Below are positions 48,628-57,650 of a DNA stretch of 64,000 nucleotides, piece by piece. The stretch covers positions 2,913-66,912 of the forward strand of contig JAICWE010000009.1 of the NCBI GenBank assembly GCA_025934955.1, in the 5' to 3' direction. The translations under genes were made by a program, and so were the position numbers. The DNA is from Gemmatimonadales bacterium (GTDB taxonomy: Bacteria > Gemmatimonadota > Gemmatimonadetes > Gemmatimonadales > GWC2-71-9). The stretch's first letter is position 1; each line of letters opens with the position of its first letter. Under the pieces are notes generated by a model. The model was not told the origin of the DNA and made no database searches. It saw nothing but the letters and a program-made list of their open reading frames with translations.

Positions 48628-49558
48628 CGGGCGCCCGCCGGGCCCGCCGCCGCGCCCGGACGGCCGAGGCGACGATCGCGATCGCCAGCACGCCGACGAT
48701 GACCGCCAGCGAGACCCACGTCGGCGGGTGCCACCAGTGGCCCGCGAGCATCTTGCAGCCGACGAACACCAGGATGACCGCGACGCCGGGCTTCAGGTAG
48801 ACGAAGCGGTCGAGCAGGTTCGCCAGCACGAAGAAGAGCGCGCGCAGTCCGAGGATGGCGAAGATGTTGGAGCTGTACACCAGGAACGGATCGCGGGTCA
48901 CGGCGAAGACCGCCGGGATCGAATCGATCGCGAAGACCAGGTCGGACCACTCGATCACCACGAGCACCAGCACCAGCGGCGTGAGCGCGCGCCGCCCGTT
49001 CTGCCGGGTGACGAACCGCGCGCCGTCGTAGGAGTCGGTGCAGGGCAGCAGCCGTCGCGCCATGCGCACGATCGGGTTGCGATCCGGCTGCATCGACTCG
49101 CCGCCGCTGCGGAACATCCGCAGGCCGGTGACGATCAGGATGGCGCCGAAGACGAACTCGATCCACTCGAAGCGCTGCAGCGCCAGGGCGCCCAGGCCGA
49201 TCATGATCGCGCGCATCACGATCGCGCCGAGGATGCCCCACTTGAGCACCTTCGGCTGCGCCTCGGCGGGGACCGCGAAGTACTCGAAGAGCAGAATGAA
49301 GACGAAGAGGTTGTCGACCGACAGCGACAGCTCGATCAGATAGCCCGAGTAGTACTCCAGCGCGTGGTGCACGCCCTCCCGCCACATCACGAACAGCCCG
49401 AACAGGAGCGCGAGCGTGACCAGGCCCGCGCTCCAGCTCAGCGCCTCGCGGAAGGACGGCGTGTGGCTCCGCCGATTGAGCACGCCGAGGTCGAGCACCA
49501 GCAGCGCGACGACGAGCGCGGTGAAGCCGATCCAGACGCCCGGCGGATGGACGCCCAT
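48620..49558 (-). CDS. terC: TerC family integral membrane protein
   Basis: YYSGYLIELSLSVDNLFVF, DLVFAIDSIPAVFAVTRDPFLVYSSNIFAILGLRALFF. Confidence 0.95.
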   Translation of the reverse strand: MGVHPPGVWIGFTALVVALLVLDLGVLNRRSHTPSFREALSWSAGLVTLALLFGLFVMWREGVHHALEYYSGYLIELSLSVDNLFVFILLFEYFAVPAEAQPKVLKWGILGAIVMRAIMIGLGALALQRFEWIEFVFGAILIVTGLRMFRSGGESMQPDRNPIVRMARRLLPCTDSYDGARFVTRQNGRRALTPLVLVLVVIEWSDLVFAIDSIPAVFAVTRDPFLVYSSNIFAILGLRALFFVLANLLDRFVYLKPGVAVILVFVGCKMLAGHWWHPPTWVSLAVIVGVLAIAIVASAVRARRRARRAPAT

Positions 49559-49623
49559 TCAGCGCGCCGCCGCGGGCGGTCTCAGGAGAGACGTCCTGGT
49601 GTGTTGCACGTGCAGCCGCTCCG

Positions 49624-49682
49624 GAAAAGGAAAAGCGAGACTGTCGTCCGCGTGCCGTGGCAGCGTGACGAAGGTCTCGCTC
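49624..49682 (-). terminator. putative intrinsic terminator after the RNA methyltransferase gene (or attenuator in the terC leader)
   Basis: Minus-strand RNA: AGCGAGAC (49682-49675) ... GTCTCGCT (49642-49635), with an imperfect inner stem, then TTTCCTTTTCC. Confidence 0.5.
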
Positions 49683-49717
49683 TGATGCGGGGCCGACCCG
49701 CGCCCGCGGCGGACGAG

Positions 49718-51010
49718 CTACTCCCGTTCTGGCGCGTGAAATGTAGAGCCGCCGGTCCCGCGGTCAATGCGGCGGACCTCGGTTGTGACGACGCGCACGG
49801 CCAACCCTCCGTTGTTGCTGCGGAGCCGCTCCTCGAATGTCAGGGCGGTGTCGCGCTCGAGGGCCGCCGGCAGGAGCAGCGTGACCGTCCAGCCGTCGAG
49901 CCGCTCGCGCGCGATCTGTCCGAAGCGTGCGTACAGGTCGCGCAGCGCGCGCCGGTCGCCGACGCGATGGCCATACGGCGGATTGGTGACCAGCGCGCCC
50001 GCGGCATCGGGCACCGTGAGCGCGGAGAGTGCGGCGTGCCGGAGCTCGACGTCCGCGCCGACTCCCGCGCGCTCGGCGTTGGCCCGCGCCCCCGCGATCG
50101 CGCCGGCATCGCGGTCCGCGCCGACGATCGGCGCCGGCGCCGCGGGGAGGATGCGTTCGCGCGCTTCGGCGACCAGCGCGTCCCACACCGGGGGATCGAA
50201 GCCGGGCCAGTCGAGCACCGCGAACCTGCGTCCGAGTCCCGGCGCCATGCACCGCGCCCGGAGCGCGGCCTCGATCGGAATGGTGCCGGAGCCGCAGAAT
50301 GGATCGAGCAGCGGCGTCGCCGCATCCCAGCCGCTCGCGGTGAGGAGCGCCGCGGCGAGCGTCTCCCGCAGCGGCGCCTTGCCCGTCGCGAGCCGCCATC
50401 CCCGGCGATGCAGCAGCGCGCCCGAGGTGTCCACGCTGATCTCGCACTCGTCGCGCAGCAGGCGGACGACGACGAGCGGATGACTCTCGGCACGCGGATG
50501 ACTCGCCTCGACGATCGCCGCCGCCGCCTCTCGCGCGGTCTGCCCGCCCGGCGCACCCTCGGCCGGCTCTCGCTCCTCGTCGGAGCCGGTGTGCCACGCG
50601 CCGCCCAACCGGGCCACGATCGCCTCGCCCACCCGCTCGGCCACGGCGCCCTGGTGGTAGAGCCGCGACTTGCGCGACGTCGCGCGCACCCGCACGTCCG
50701 CGCCCGGCGGAATGAACCGCTGCCACGGCACCTGACCAGCGCGCCGCTCCAGCTCGCCGAGCGCGCGGGCGTGAAAGCGCGCGGCGCGGACCAGCACGCG
50801 CGACGCGGTGCGGAGGTGCAGGTTGGCGCGGGCGACGTCGGTGAGCGTGCCGCGAAAGGTGACGCCGCCCGGCTCCGCCGCCGGCGCGAGATCCAGGTCA
50901 GCGAGCTCGGAGGCGACGATCGCCTCGAGGCCCGGCGCGGCGACGGCGAAGCAGCTGAGCCGCTCGGCGCTCGAGCCGGCGCTCGAGCCGGCGCTCGTCG
51001 GCCCGGTCAT
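49718..51010 (-). CDS. THUMP domain-containing class I SAM-dependent RNA methyltransferase
   Basis: N-terminal THUMP-like region. DPFCGSGTIPIEAA (SAM motif I), VTNPPYG (motif IV). Confidence 0.85.
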   Translation of the reverse strand: MTGPTSAGSSAGSSAERLSCFAVAAPGLEAIVASELADLDLAPAAEPGGVTFRGTLTDVARANLHLRTASRVLVRAARFHARALGELERRAGQVPWQRFIPPGADVRVRATSRKSRLYHQGAVAERVGEAIVARLGGAWHTGSDEEREPAEGAPGGQTAREAAAAIVEASHPRAESHPLVVVRLLRDECEISVDTSGALLHRRGWRLATGKAPLRETLAAALLTASGWDAATPLLDPFCGSGTIPIEAALRARCMAPGLGRRFAVLDWPGFDPPVWDALVAEARERILPAAPAPIVGADRDAGAIAGARANAERAGVGADVELRHAALSALTVPDAAGALVTNPPYGHRVGDRRALRDLYARFGQIARERLDGWTVTLLLPAALERDTALTFEERLRSNNGGLAVRVVTTEVRRIDRGTGGSTFHAPERE

Positions 51011-51639
51011 GTCCCGCGGGTGCGCCGCACCTCGAGCTCGACGCGGGCCCGCAGCATGTCCACTCCGATCGCGTTGCTCCCGCCTTCGGGAATGATGATG
51101 TCGGCCCAGCGCTTGGACGGCTCGACGAACTCGAGGTGCATCGGACGGACGGTGCCGAGATACTGCTCGATGACGTTCTCCATGGTGCGGCCGCGCTCGC
51201 GCACGTCGCGCAGCAGGCGGCGGATGAAGCGCACGTCGTCGGCGACGTCGACGTACACCTTCACGTCGAACAGCTCGCGCAGCCGCCGGTCCGTGAAGAG
51301 AAGGATGCCCTCGACGATCACGACCGGCCTCGGCTCGATGCGCAGCACCGCCGCGGCGCGGGTGTGCCGCGCAAAATCGTAGGTCGGCTTGTCGATCGCC
51401 TCGCCCGCCGCGAGCCGGCCGAGCTGCGCGATCATCAGGTCCGCGTCGAGGCTCTCGGGGTGGTCGAAGTTGACCCGGGCGCGCTCCTCCAGCGTGAGGT
51501 GCGCGAGGTCCTTGTAGTAGGCGTCCTGGTCCAGCAGCACGGCGTCGCCCGCGAGCGCTTCGAGGATGCCGCGGGCGACGGTGGTCTTGCCGGCGCCGGA
51601 GCCGCCGGCGACGCCGATGACGAGCGAGCGGGGAGGCAT
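51007..51639 (-). CDS. udk: uridine kinase
   Basis: ATG 51639 (MPPRSLVIGVAGGSGAGKTT, P-loop). NFDHPESLD, VIVEGILLF. ATGA overlap with the downstream gene. Confidence 0.9.
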   Translation of the reverse strand: MPPRSLVIGVAGGSGAGKTTVARGILEALAGDAVLLDQDAYYKDLAHLTLEERARVNFDHPESLDADLMIAQLGRLAAGEAIDKPTYDFARHTRAAAVLRIEPRPVVIVEGILLFTDRRLRELFDVKVYVDVADDVRFIRRLLRDVRERGRTMENVIEQYLGTVRPMHLEFVEPSKRWADIIIPEGGSNAIGVDMLRARVELEVRRTRGT

Positions 51640-51745
51640 GGGGCGGGAATATGCGGGCGGCGGGCGCGGCGGCAAGACGCGACGCCGGGAGAACGCAACG
51701 AAGGCCCGCCGGAGCGGGCCTTCGGATCGAGCGGCCGTGGCTGCG

Positions 51746-52717
51746 TCAGCGGATGCCGCCCACCGGGCCGATCAGCTGCTCTCCCGCGGTCAGGTTGAGA
51801 CCGGGTGCCGCCGTGAGTGCGCGGACGGAGGCGCTCGCAACCGGCAGCCTGTACGGCTCGGAGAGCGGTGCCACAGTGTAGCCGAGGTCTCGCATGGACG
51901 CCGTGGACACGCTGCTGAGCGGGTTGGCGCCGGGTGCGATGAAGCCGGTCATGAGCTCGTTGCCGAACACACTCTCGCGCCAGTGATTGTCGGCCGTTTC
52001 CGGTCCACCGATGTTCTCGACCGGCACCGGGCCGGCGCCGTGCAGTACGTTGAAGAACACGTTGGCGCCGTGCCCGTCGAACGTCGGGTCCGCGCCGCCC
52101 GCATCCGCCAGCAGTGAGCGACCGAAGCTCCACAGCGTGCCGAAGCCCAGGACGTGCGCCATCTCGTGCGTGACGACGTCGTTGAGCAGGCCGATCTGCT
52201 CGAGATCGCTGACGTCCGCGGCGTCGAAGAACATGATGCCGTATGCCGGAAGCTCATCACTGAGTCGCACCGCGCAGGGGCCGGACACCGCCAGGGCTCC
52301 GCCGGGTCCGTCGATCGGCACCACGACGACATCGATCAGGATATCGTCGATGGTCCCGGTGAACGCCGGGACGCCGGGCAGCCCGCAGAAGCCGGCCGGA
52401 ATGGTGCCGGTGATCGCCGGCTTGTCCCCGATGATGACATGCTCCCATCGGGAGGCGGCGCCGTTGAACGCCGCGCGCTGGCCGGCGCTGAGGGGCACCA
52501 CGAAGCGGAGCGTGATGTCGAAGCGCCGCGTCGCACCGGGTACCCCGGCCGGCTCGGCGGACGTCTGGAGCGTGGGCACCTGCACCAGGCCCGCGCCGGC
52601 ACCCGCCGCGACGCGGGCTGATGCCGGTGCGGCGGGTGCCACCGGCGATCCGCCGTCCGCGCATCCGAAGAGCGCGCCGGCGAGAAGGGCGCACGCGTAC
52701 GAGGAAGAACGCACCAC
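51746..52717 (-). CDS. leishmanolysin-like (M8) zinc metallopeptidase lipoprotein
   Basis: GTG start with GGAGG 7 nt upstream. Lipobox LFGC. VVTHEMAHVLGFGTLW (HExxHxxGF). Confidence 0.65.
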   Translation of the reverse strand: MVRSSSYACALLAGALFGCADGGSPVAPAAPASARVAAGAGAGLVQVPTLQTSAEPAGVPGATRRFDITLRFVVPLSAGQRAAFNGAASRWEHVIIGDKPAITGTIPAGFCGLPGVPAFTGTIDDILIDVVVVPIDGPGGALAVSGPCAVRLSDELPAYGIMFFDAADVSDLEQIGLLNDVVTHEMAHVLGFGTLWSFGRSLLADAGGADPTFDGHGANVFFNVLHGAGPVPVENIGGPETADNHWRESVFGNELMTGFIAPGANPLSSVSTASMRDLGYTVAPLSEPYRLPVASASVRALTAAPGLNLTAGEQLIGPVGGIR

Positions 52718-52818
52718 GGTACGACCTCCGGGAGACGGGCGGCGATGCTGGTTGTGCGGACGAGTGCCCCGAATATTTCATGCGCTGCACAATCCCGCAA
52801 CGCGTGCGCCCGTGCCGC

Positions 52819-54108
52819 TCAGTATGGCGGCGCCGCCACATGCACCGCGTCATCCAGCAGGATCGCCGACAGCTCGGCGCCGGCCGCGGTCTCGTGCTGG
52901 CCCTCCGGAATCACCAGCAGCGCGTTCGCCAGCACCATCGAGGTGAGGATTCCCGAGCCCTGCGGCCCGGTGAGCCACGCGTCGGGCAGCCCGTCGGCGT
53001 TCGGCGTGACGATACCGCGGAGAAAGTGCTGCAGCTTCGGCTTGAGCGAGATCGGCTCGGCGGCGCGGGCGCGCACCGCGCGGCGGAACGGCAGTGCGTG
53101 GCCGCACATCGCCCGGATCGCGGGCCGCACGAACAGCTCGAACGTCACCATGGTGCTCACCGGATTGCCCGGCAGCCCGATCCACGGAATGCCGCCGATC
53201 ACGCCGAAGCCGACCGGCGCGCCCGGCCGCATCCGCAGCTTCCAGAACCGCTGCTCCGCACCCAGGTCGGTGAGCACCTCGCGCACGTAGTCGTGCTCGC
53301 CCACGCTGATGCCGGCGGTGGTCACCAGGAGATCGCAGTCGAGCGCGCGCTCGACGTGCTCGCGCAGGCTCTCCCGGGTATCACGCGCGATGCCGAGGTT
53401 GACCGGCTCGCCGCCGGCCAGCCGCACCAGGGCGACCAGCGTATGGGTGTTGCTGCTCGCGGTGCGGCGCCCGCTGAGGATCTCCTCGGGCTGGTCCACG
53501 TCCACGATCTCGTCGCCGCTGCCCAGAATGGCGACGCGGGGCCGCCGGTAGACCAGCGGGTGCGCCACCGCCAGCGACGCGAGCACGCCGAGGTGCGCCG
53601 GGCCGAGCGCGGCGCCGTCCCGCAGCACCACCGCGCCTCGGCGAACGTCTTCGCCGACCCGGCGGAAGTTCACGCCGGCGTCGCGGTCCTGGTAGATCGT
53701 CACCGTCTCACCGCCGCCGTCGGTGTCCTCCTGCCGCACCACGCCGTCGGCGCCCTCCGGCAGCGGCGCGCCGGTGAAGATGCGGGCGCACTCGCCCGGC
53801 CCGAGCGCGCGGGTGGGGAAGCTCCCGGCCGCGAGCTGTTCCACCACGCGGAGCCGCACCGGCGCCGCTTCGCTCGCGCCCCGCACGTCCGCACTGCGGG
53901 TGGCGTAGCCGTCCATCGCGGAGTTGGTCCGCGCGGGTATGTCGAGCGGGCTCACCACGTCCTCCGCCAGCACACTGCCGAGCGCGTCGTCCAGCGGGAC
54001 GCGCAGCGGCGGCTGGCGGCGGACCTCGGCGAGAATGCGTCGCGCCGCATCGGCGGCGGCGAGCGGACCGCTCGCCCCGGCGTTCGGGTCGCGCTCCGGC
54101 GGCGTCAC
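52819..54108 (-). CDS. moeA: molybdopterin molybdenumtransferase MoeA
   Basis: GTG 54108 (GTGA overlap with the mobB stop) in ORF 52819..54234. NSAMDGYA, ILGSGDEI, NTHTLVAL, TTAGISVGEHDY, PGNPVSTMV. Confidence 0.9.
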   Translation of the reverse strand: MTPPERDPNAGASGPLAAADAARRILAEVRRQPPLRVPLDDALGSVLAEDVVSPLDIPARTNSAMDGYATRSADVRGASEAAPVRLRVVEQLAAGSFPTRALGPGECARIFTGAPLPEGADGVVRQEDTDGGGETVTIYQDRDAGVNFRRVGEDVRRGAVVLRDGAALGPAHLGVLASLAVAHPLVYRRPRVAILGSGDEIVDVDQPEEILSGRRTASSNTHTLVALVRLAGGEPVNLGIARDTRESLREHVERALDCDLLVTTAGISVGEHDYVREVLTDLGAEQRFWKLRMRPGAPVGFGVIGGIPWIGLPGNPVSTMVTFELFVRPAIRAMCGHALPFRRAVRARAAEPISLKPKLQHFLRGIVTPNADGLPDAWLTGPQGSGILTSMVLANALLVIPEGQHETAAGAELSAILLDDAVHVAAPPY

Positions 54109-54635
54109 GCCTCGAGCGGGAGCCCGCGCTCGAGCGCGAGCCCGGCGAGCGCCTGGAGCCACATGGTGTCGTTGAAGCGGAGCACGCGGCAGGGCGCCGC
54201 GAGGCGGGGATCGTCGGTGACGATCGCGATCCACTCCCCGGCGTTAGGCGCCGCGGGGTCGTAGAGCGGTCGCGCGCCGGCGGCGAGCCGGTGCACTTCG
54301 ATCTTGGGGAGCGGCGCGCGCTTGTAGCCCTCGGCGATGACGAGGTCGGCGTCGGCGAGGTAGCGGCGGGCGAGGGCGACGGGGTCGTAGAGATCGGGCG
54401 CGCGCTCGAAGAGGACGCGGCCCTCCGGCCCCGCGAGCAGCGTCCGCTCCGCGCCGGCTTCCTGAAAGTGGCGCCAGCTGTCGGAGCCGGGGATGTCGGG
54501 CTGGCCGGCGTGGTGGCCGTGCTTGATCGTCATCACCCGCACCCGCCGCCGCAGCAGCTCGCCGGTGAGCGCCACCGTCAGCGTGGTCTTGCCGGCGTTC
54601 TTCCGTCCGATGATCGAGACGATCCGTGCTGCCAC
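54105..54635 (-). CDS. mobB: molybdopterin-guanine dinucleotide biosynthesis protein B
   Basis: MAARIVSIIGRKNAGKTTL (P-loop), IKHGHH, VIAEGYK. Confidence 0.9.
   Translation of the reverse strand: MAARIVSIIGRKNAGKTTLTVALTGELLRRRVRVMTIKHGHHAGQPDIPGSDSWRHFQEAGAERTLLAGPEGRVLFERAPDLYDPVALARRYLADADLVIAEGYKRAPLPKIEVHRLAAGARPLYDPAAPNAGEWIAIVTDDPRLAAPCRVLRFNDTMWLQALAGLALERGLPLEA
54242..54250 (+). repeat. CGTTAGGCG 9-mer copy 9
   Basis: Plus-strand copy inside minus-strand mobB. Antisense to the gene, read GCG-CCT-AAC-GCC (A-P-N-A). Confidence 0.9.
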
Positions 54636-55234
54636 AGCGCCTCCGCGTGCGCGAGGTCGTCCGCGGTGTTCACGTTGAAGAAGAGTCGCTCGGGATCGCC
54701 GAGCGCGCGGATCCGATCGAGGGAGAGAATACCGACGTCCACGCGATCATGGAAGCCGATCGCCCGCAGATCGCCGGCGTCGAGGCTGGCCGCGATCGCC
54801 TCGCGGCAGCGCGGGCCGTACGCCGCGCAGAGCGGCTCGACGCCTCGCCGGCCGTCGCTTCGGGGCAGCACGGCGTCGTGCTCCGCGAGTGCCGCGGCGA
54901 GCGCCCGCACCAGCGGTACCGTCACGAACGGCATGTCCCACGCGACGCAGACCACCGGCGCGGGCGCCTCCACGACGGCCGTGTAGATGCCGCCCAGCGA
55001 CCCGAGGCCGGGCCGCACGTCGGGCACGGTACGGAGATCGGGGCGCCACTCCGCCGCGTCCGCCGCATTGGCGACGAGGAGCGGCGGTGCGCCCAACGCG
55101 TCGGTGAGCACGGCAACGGCCCGGTCGAGCACCCGCTCGCCGCCGACGCGCTCCAGTCCCTTGGGTCGCCCGCCGAACCGCGTCGCGCCGCCGCCGGCGA
55201 GGACCGCGCCCGCCACGCTGCCCGCCGCCGGCAT
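54578..55234 (-). CDS. mobA: molybdenum cofactor guanylyltransferase MobA
   Basis: GAVLAGGGATRFGG.PKGL, VAWDMPF. The 3' end overlaps mobB by 58 nt. Confidence 0.85.
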   Translation of the reverse strand: MPAAGSVAGAVLAGGGATRFGGRPKGLERVGGERVLDRAVAVLTDALGAPPLLVANAADAAEWRPDLRTVPDVRPGLGSLGGIYTAVVEAPAPVVCVAWDMPFVTVPLVRALAAALAEHDAVLPRSDGRRGVEPLCAAYGPRCREAIAASLDAGDLRAIGFHDRVDVGILSLDRIRALGDPERLFFNVNTADDLAHAEALWQHGSSRSSDGRTPARPR

Positions 55235-56049
55235 CAGTATCGCCGTCCCCGCTTGCGCTCGAGGATAACGCCGATGCCTATCGAGATGCTCGGCAGATGC
55301 TTGAACGCCCGCCGGCTCGCCGGCTCCTCGCCGTCGCGCACCGTCGGGCCCAGCACCTCGCGCACCGAGACGATGTTGTCGCGCGCCTCGAGCCGAAGCG
55401 CCCAGCCCGGGCTGATCTGCCCCACGAAGCCGCCACCGAGCGAGAAGCCCGGCGCGATGCGCCCGCCGTGGCTGTCGCTGTAGATCTGGATCAGGTCGCT
55501 GCCGAAGTTGATGTCGGGGACGAACACCTCGGTCGCGACCGTGCTCGCGGCGCCGATCACGACGCCCGCGTTGGCCTGAAGAAACGGCGAGATCGCCGCG
55601 CGCGGCAGGAACCGGAGCACCGGCCCCACGCTCGCCAGCACCGCGGCGCCCCCGCGGTCGGTGCCGTTGAGCGCGTTGCAGACGAACGTGGTGTTGGGTG
55701 AGCCGGAGACCGCCGCGTCGGTGCAGCTCGTCGTCGTGCCGATGCCCACCACCGCGCCTTCCGCGTTGAATCCGAGCATGCCGCTGCGGAAATAGGTCGC
55801 GGTGAAATAGATGTTCATTGCCTCGCGCAGCCGGCGGCTGATGTTGAACGTGTCCGCCGCGTTGCCGAGAAAGTAGGGCTGGCCGGTCACCGACCAGAGC
55901 GACTGCCCGAAGTTGTAGCCGACGCCGAGCGAGAACACCAATCGCGCTTCGTCGTGCGTGGCCTGCGCGTGGAGCACGCGTGCGCCGCCGCCGGCCAGGC
56001 CGAATCCGGCGAGCGAGAACGCGAGCGCCAGGGACCGAGCGCGCATCAT
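55234..56049 (-). CDS. outer-membrane beta-barrel protein (hypothetical)
   Basis: ATG 56049 (MMRARSLALAFSLAGFGLAGG..., signal peptide) in ORF 55234..56310. Alternating-hydrophobic strands and a C-terminal aromatic residue. ATGA overlap with the upstream stop. Confidence 0.65.
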   Translation of the reverse strand: MMRARSLALAFSLAGFGLAGGGARVLHAQATHDEARLVFSLGVGYNFGQSLWSVTGQPYFLGNAADTFNISRRLREAMNIYFTATYFRSGMLGFNAEGAVVGIGTTTSCTDAAVSGSPNTTFVCNALNGTDRGGAAVLASVGPVLRFLPRAAISPFLQANAGVVIGAASTVATEVFVPDINFGSDLIQIYSDSHGGRIAPGFSLGGGFVGQISPGWALRLEARDNIVSVREVLGPTVRDGEEPASRRAFKHLPSISIGIGVILERKRGRRY

Positions 56050-56471
56050 ACCCCCAGGAGTTGGTGATCCACGGCGAGGCAGCGGTCCATCACCAGCGGA
56101 ATACCCGCGGCCCGGATCGCGCGCGCGGCGCCGTCGTCCACGACGCCGATCTGGAACCAGGCGAGCCCCGGCCGTACCGCGATGATGTCCGGCGCCAGCG
56201 CCGGCAGCGCGTCGGAGCGGCGGAAGACGTCCACCACGTCGATCCGCCCCGCGGCCGCGGCTGCGGCGAGGGTCGGGTGCACCGGCTCGCCGAGGATGCT
56301 GCCGCCGCACGGATTCACCGGGACGATCGTGTAACCGGACCGCTGCAGGTACGCGGCAACCCCGTGACTCGGGCGGTCGGCGCGCGGGCTGAGGCCGACG
56401 ACGGCGATGCGGCGGCTGGTGCGCAACAGCTCGCGCAGCGCGGCCTCACCCGGCGCTCGAGCCGTCACCAT
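56046..56471 (-). CDS. CoA-binding domain protein (YccU/YneT-like)
   Basis: ATG 56471 in ORF 56046..56588. RIAVVGLSPRADRPSHGVAAYLQRSGYTIVPVNP, VVDVFRRS. Confidence 0.85.
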   Translation of the reverse strand: MVTARAPGEAALRELLRTSRRIAVVGLSPRADRPSHGVAAYLQRSGYTIVPVNPCGGSILGEPVHPTLAAAAAAGRIDVVDVFRRSDALPALAPDIIAVRPGLAWFQIGVVDDGAARAIRAAGIPLVMDRCLAVDHQLLGV

Positions 56472-57253
56472 CACACCGCACCGTGCCGGTGCGGCGTGCC
56501 GCTCACCGCCCGGCCGATCAGGATCATGCCGGTGCGCCGCGCGATCTCCACCGCGAGCGTCGAGGGCACCGACGGCGTCGCCACCCATACCAGCCCCGCG
56601 CGCGCCGCCTTGTACGCCAGCTCCGCCGAGATCCGTCCGGTGACCAGGAGCCCGAGTCCCGCCACCGGACGGCGCGCGAGCATCGCCGCGCCGATCGCCT
56701 TGTCCACCGCGTTGTGCCGCCCGATGTCCTCGGCGTGCGAGATCAGCTGGTGCCCGTCGGTGAGGGCGGCCGCGTGGATGCCGCCGGTCTCCTGATACCG
56801 CTCACCCTGCGCGAACAGCGCCTTGAAGAGCTGACGAAGGACGTCGACCGGAGGCGGCTCGCCCCGCGGCGGCTCGGCCCGTACCGTCGCGGGGTCGGCG
56901 AGGAACGTGGAGACGGCGCCGCACCCCGAGGCCAACACAGGACGCCGCGCCTCGGCGGTCACCTGTTCCAGCCGCGCGGCGGGCACCTCGGCCCAGAAGC
57001 CGAGGTCGGTGGCACAGGGACGGAGGTGCACTTCGTCGAGCGTGTCGATGTAGCCCTCGCCGCGGAGCCAGCCGATCGCCAGCTCCTCGAGCAGCTCCGG
57101 CGTGCACATCCAGGTGACGACCGGGCGCCCGTTCACCTCGAGCCACACGGGCACTTCCTCCACCGCCGCGTGCGCCGACATCCGGCCGCGACGGCCGCCG
57201 CTCTCGCCGGTGGCGGGTCGTTCCTGCAGATCAGGGTCCGGTGTACTCGCCAT
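56471..57253 (-). CDS. fdhD: formate dehydrogenase accessory sulfurtransferase FdhD
   Basis: GGIHAAAL, AEDIGRHNAVDKAIG, LLVTGRISAELAYKAARAG. Alternative start ATG 57181. Confidence 0.9.
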   Translation of the reverse strand: MASTPDPDLQERPATGESGGRRGRMSAHAAVEEVPVWLEVNGRPVVTWMCTPELLEELAIGWLRGEGYIDTLDEVHLRPCATDLGFWAEVPAARLEQVTAEARRPVLASGCGAVSTFLADPATVRAEPPRGEPPPVDVLRQLFKALFAQGERYQETGGIHAAALTDGHQLISHAEDIGRHNAVDKAIGAAMLARRPVAGLGLLVTGRISAELAYKAARAGLVWVATPSVPSTLAVEIARRTGMILIGRAVSGTPHRHGAV

Positions 57254-57644
57254 ACAGGGTGGGATCCTCGGTCACGCGCACGCACGAAAGGGAGCTGCCG
57301 TCGGGGAGCTGCGCCGCTATTTGCCGCCAGACCCAGCGCGCGAGGCCCTCGCAGGTGGGGAGCGCCGCGGGCGCGGCGAAGTCGGGCACCACGTCGTTGA
57401 GCACCCGGCCCGCCAGCCGCGCGACGATGTCGCCGAGCAGCCGGTCGAGCGCGGGAAGGTCCACGACCGCAAGTGACGCGGAGAGCGGCCCCGTCACCGT
57501 CACCGCGCACTCGTAATCGTGGCCGTGTCCCGGCCGCTCCGCCAGTGCGCCGAACGCCGCATGGTTCCGCGCGTCGTCCCAGTCCGCGCGGGCAAAGCGG
57601 TGCAGCGCGAAAAAGCGGACGGTGCGGGTGAGCGACGCGGCCAT
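57231..57644 (-). CDS. 6-pyruvoyl-tetrahydropterin synthase / QueD family protein lacking the canonical CxxxHGH cysteine
   Basis: FFALHRF...FGALAERPGHGHDYECAVTV...VVDLPALD...LNDV. Zn-His triad present. No Cys at -4 or -6 from HGH. Confidence 0.8.
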   Translation of the reverse strand: MAASLTRTVRFFALHRFARADWDDARNHAAFGALAERPGHGHDYECAVTVTGPLSASLAVVDLPALDRLLGDIVARLAGRVLNDVVPDFAAPAALPTCEGLARWVWRQIAAQLPDGSSLSCVRVTEDPTLYGEYTGP

Positions 57645-57650
57645 GCGTGG

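Noticed and set aside
49559-49717. yybP-ykoY (Mn2+/Alx-type) riboswitch upstream of terC
   Set aside because: I could not find the conserved core sequences. There is also too little sequence between the upstream stop codon and the hairpin for a full aptamer. Reported only as a low-interest item to check with a covariance model.
50961-50990. 12-nt tandem duplication (CGCTCGAGCCGG x2) at the 5' end of the RNA methyltransferase gene
   Set aside because: It simply encodes a duplicated SAGS tetrapeptide in the disordered N-terminus (MTGPTSAGSSAGSSAE). This is a trivial in-frame slippage with no further copies.
48728-51382. 884-aa plus-strand ORF antisense to terC, the RNA methyltransferase and udk
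   Set aside because: Asp/Glu/Arg/His-rich shadow frame. All three minus-strand genes have clear family motifs.
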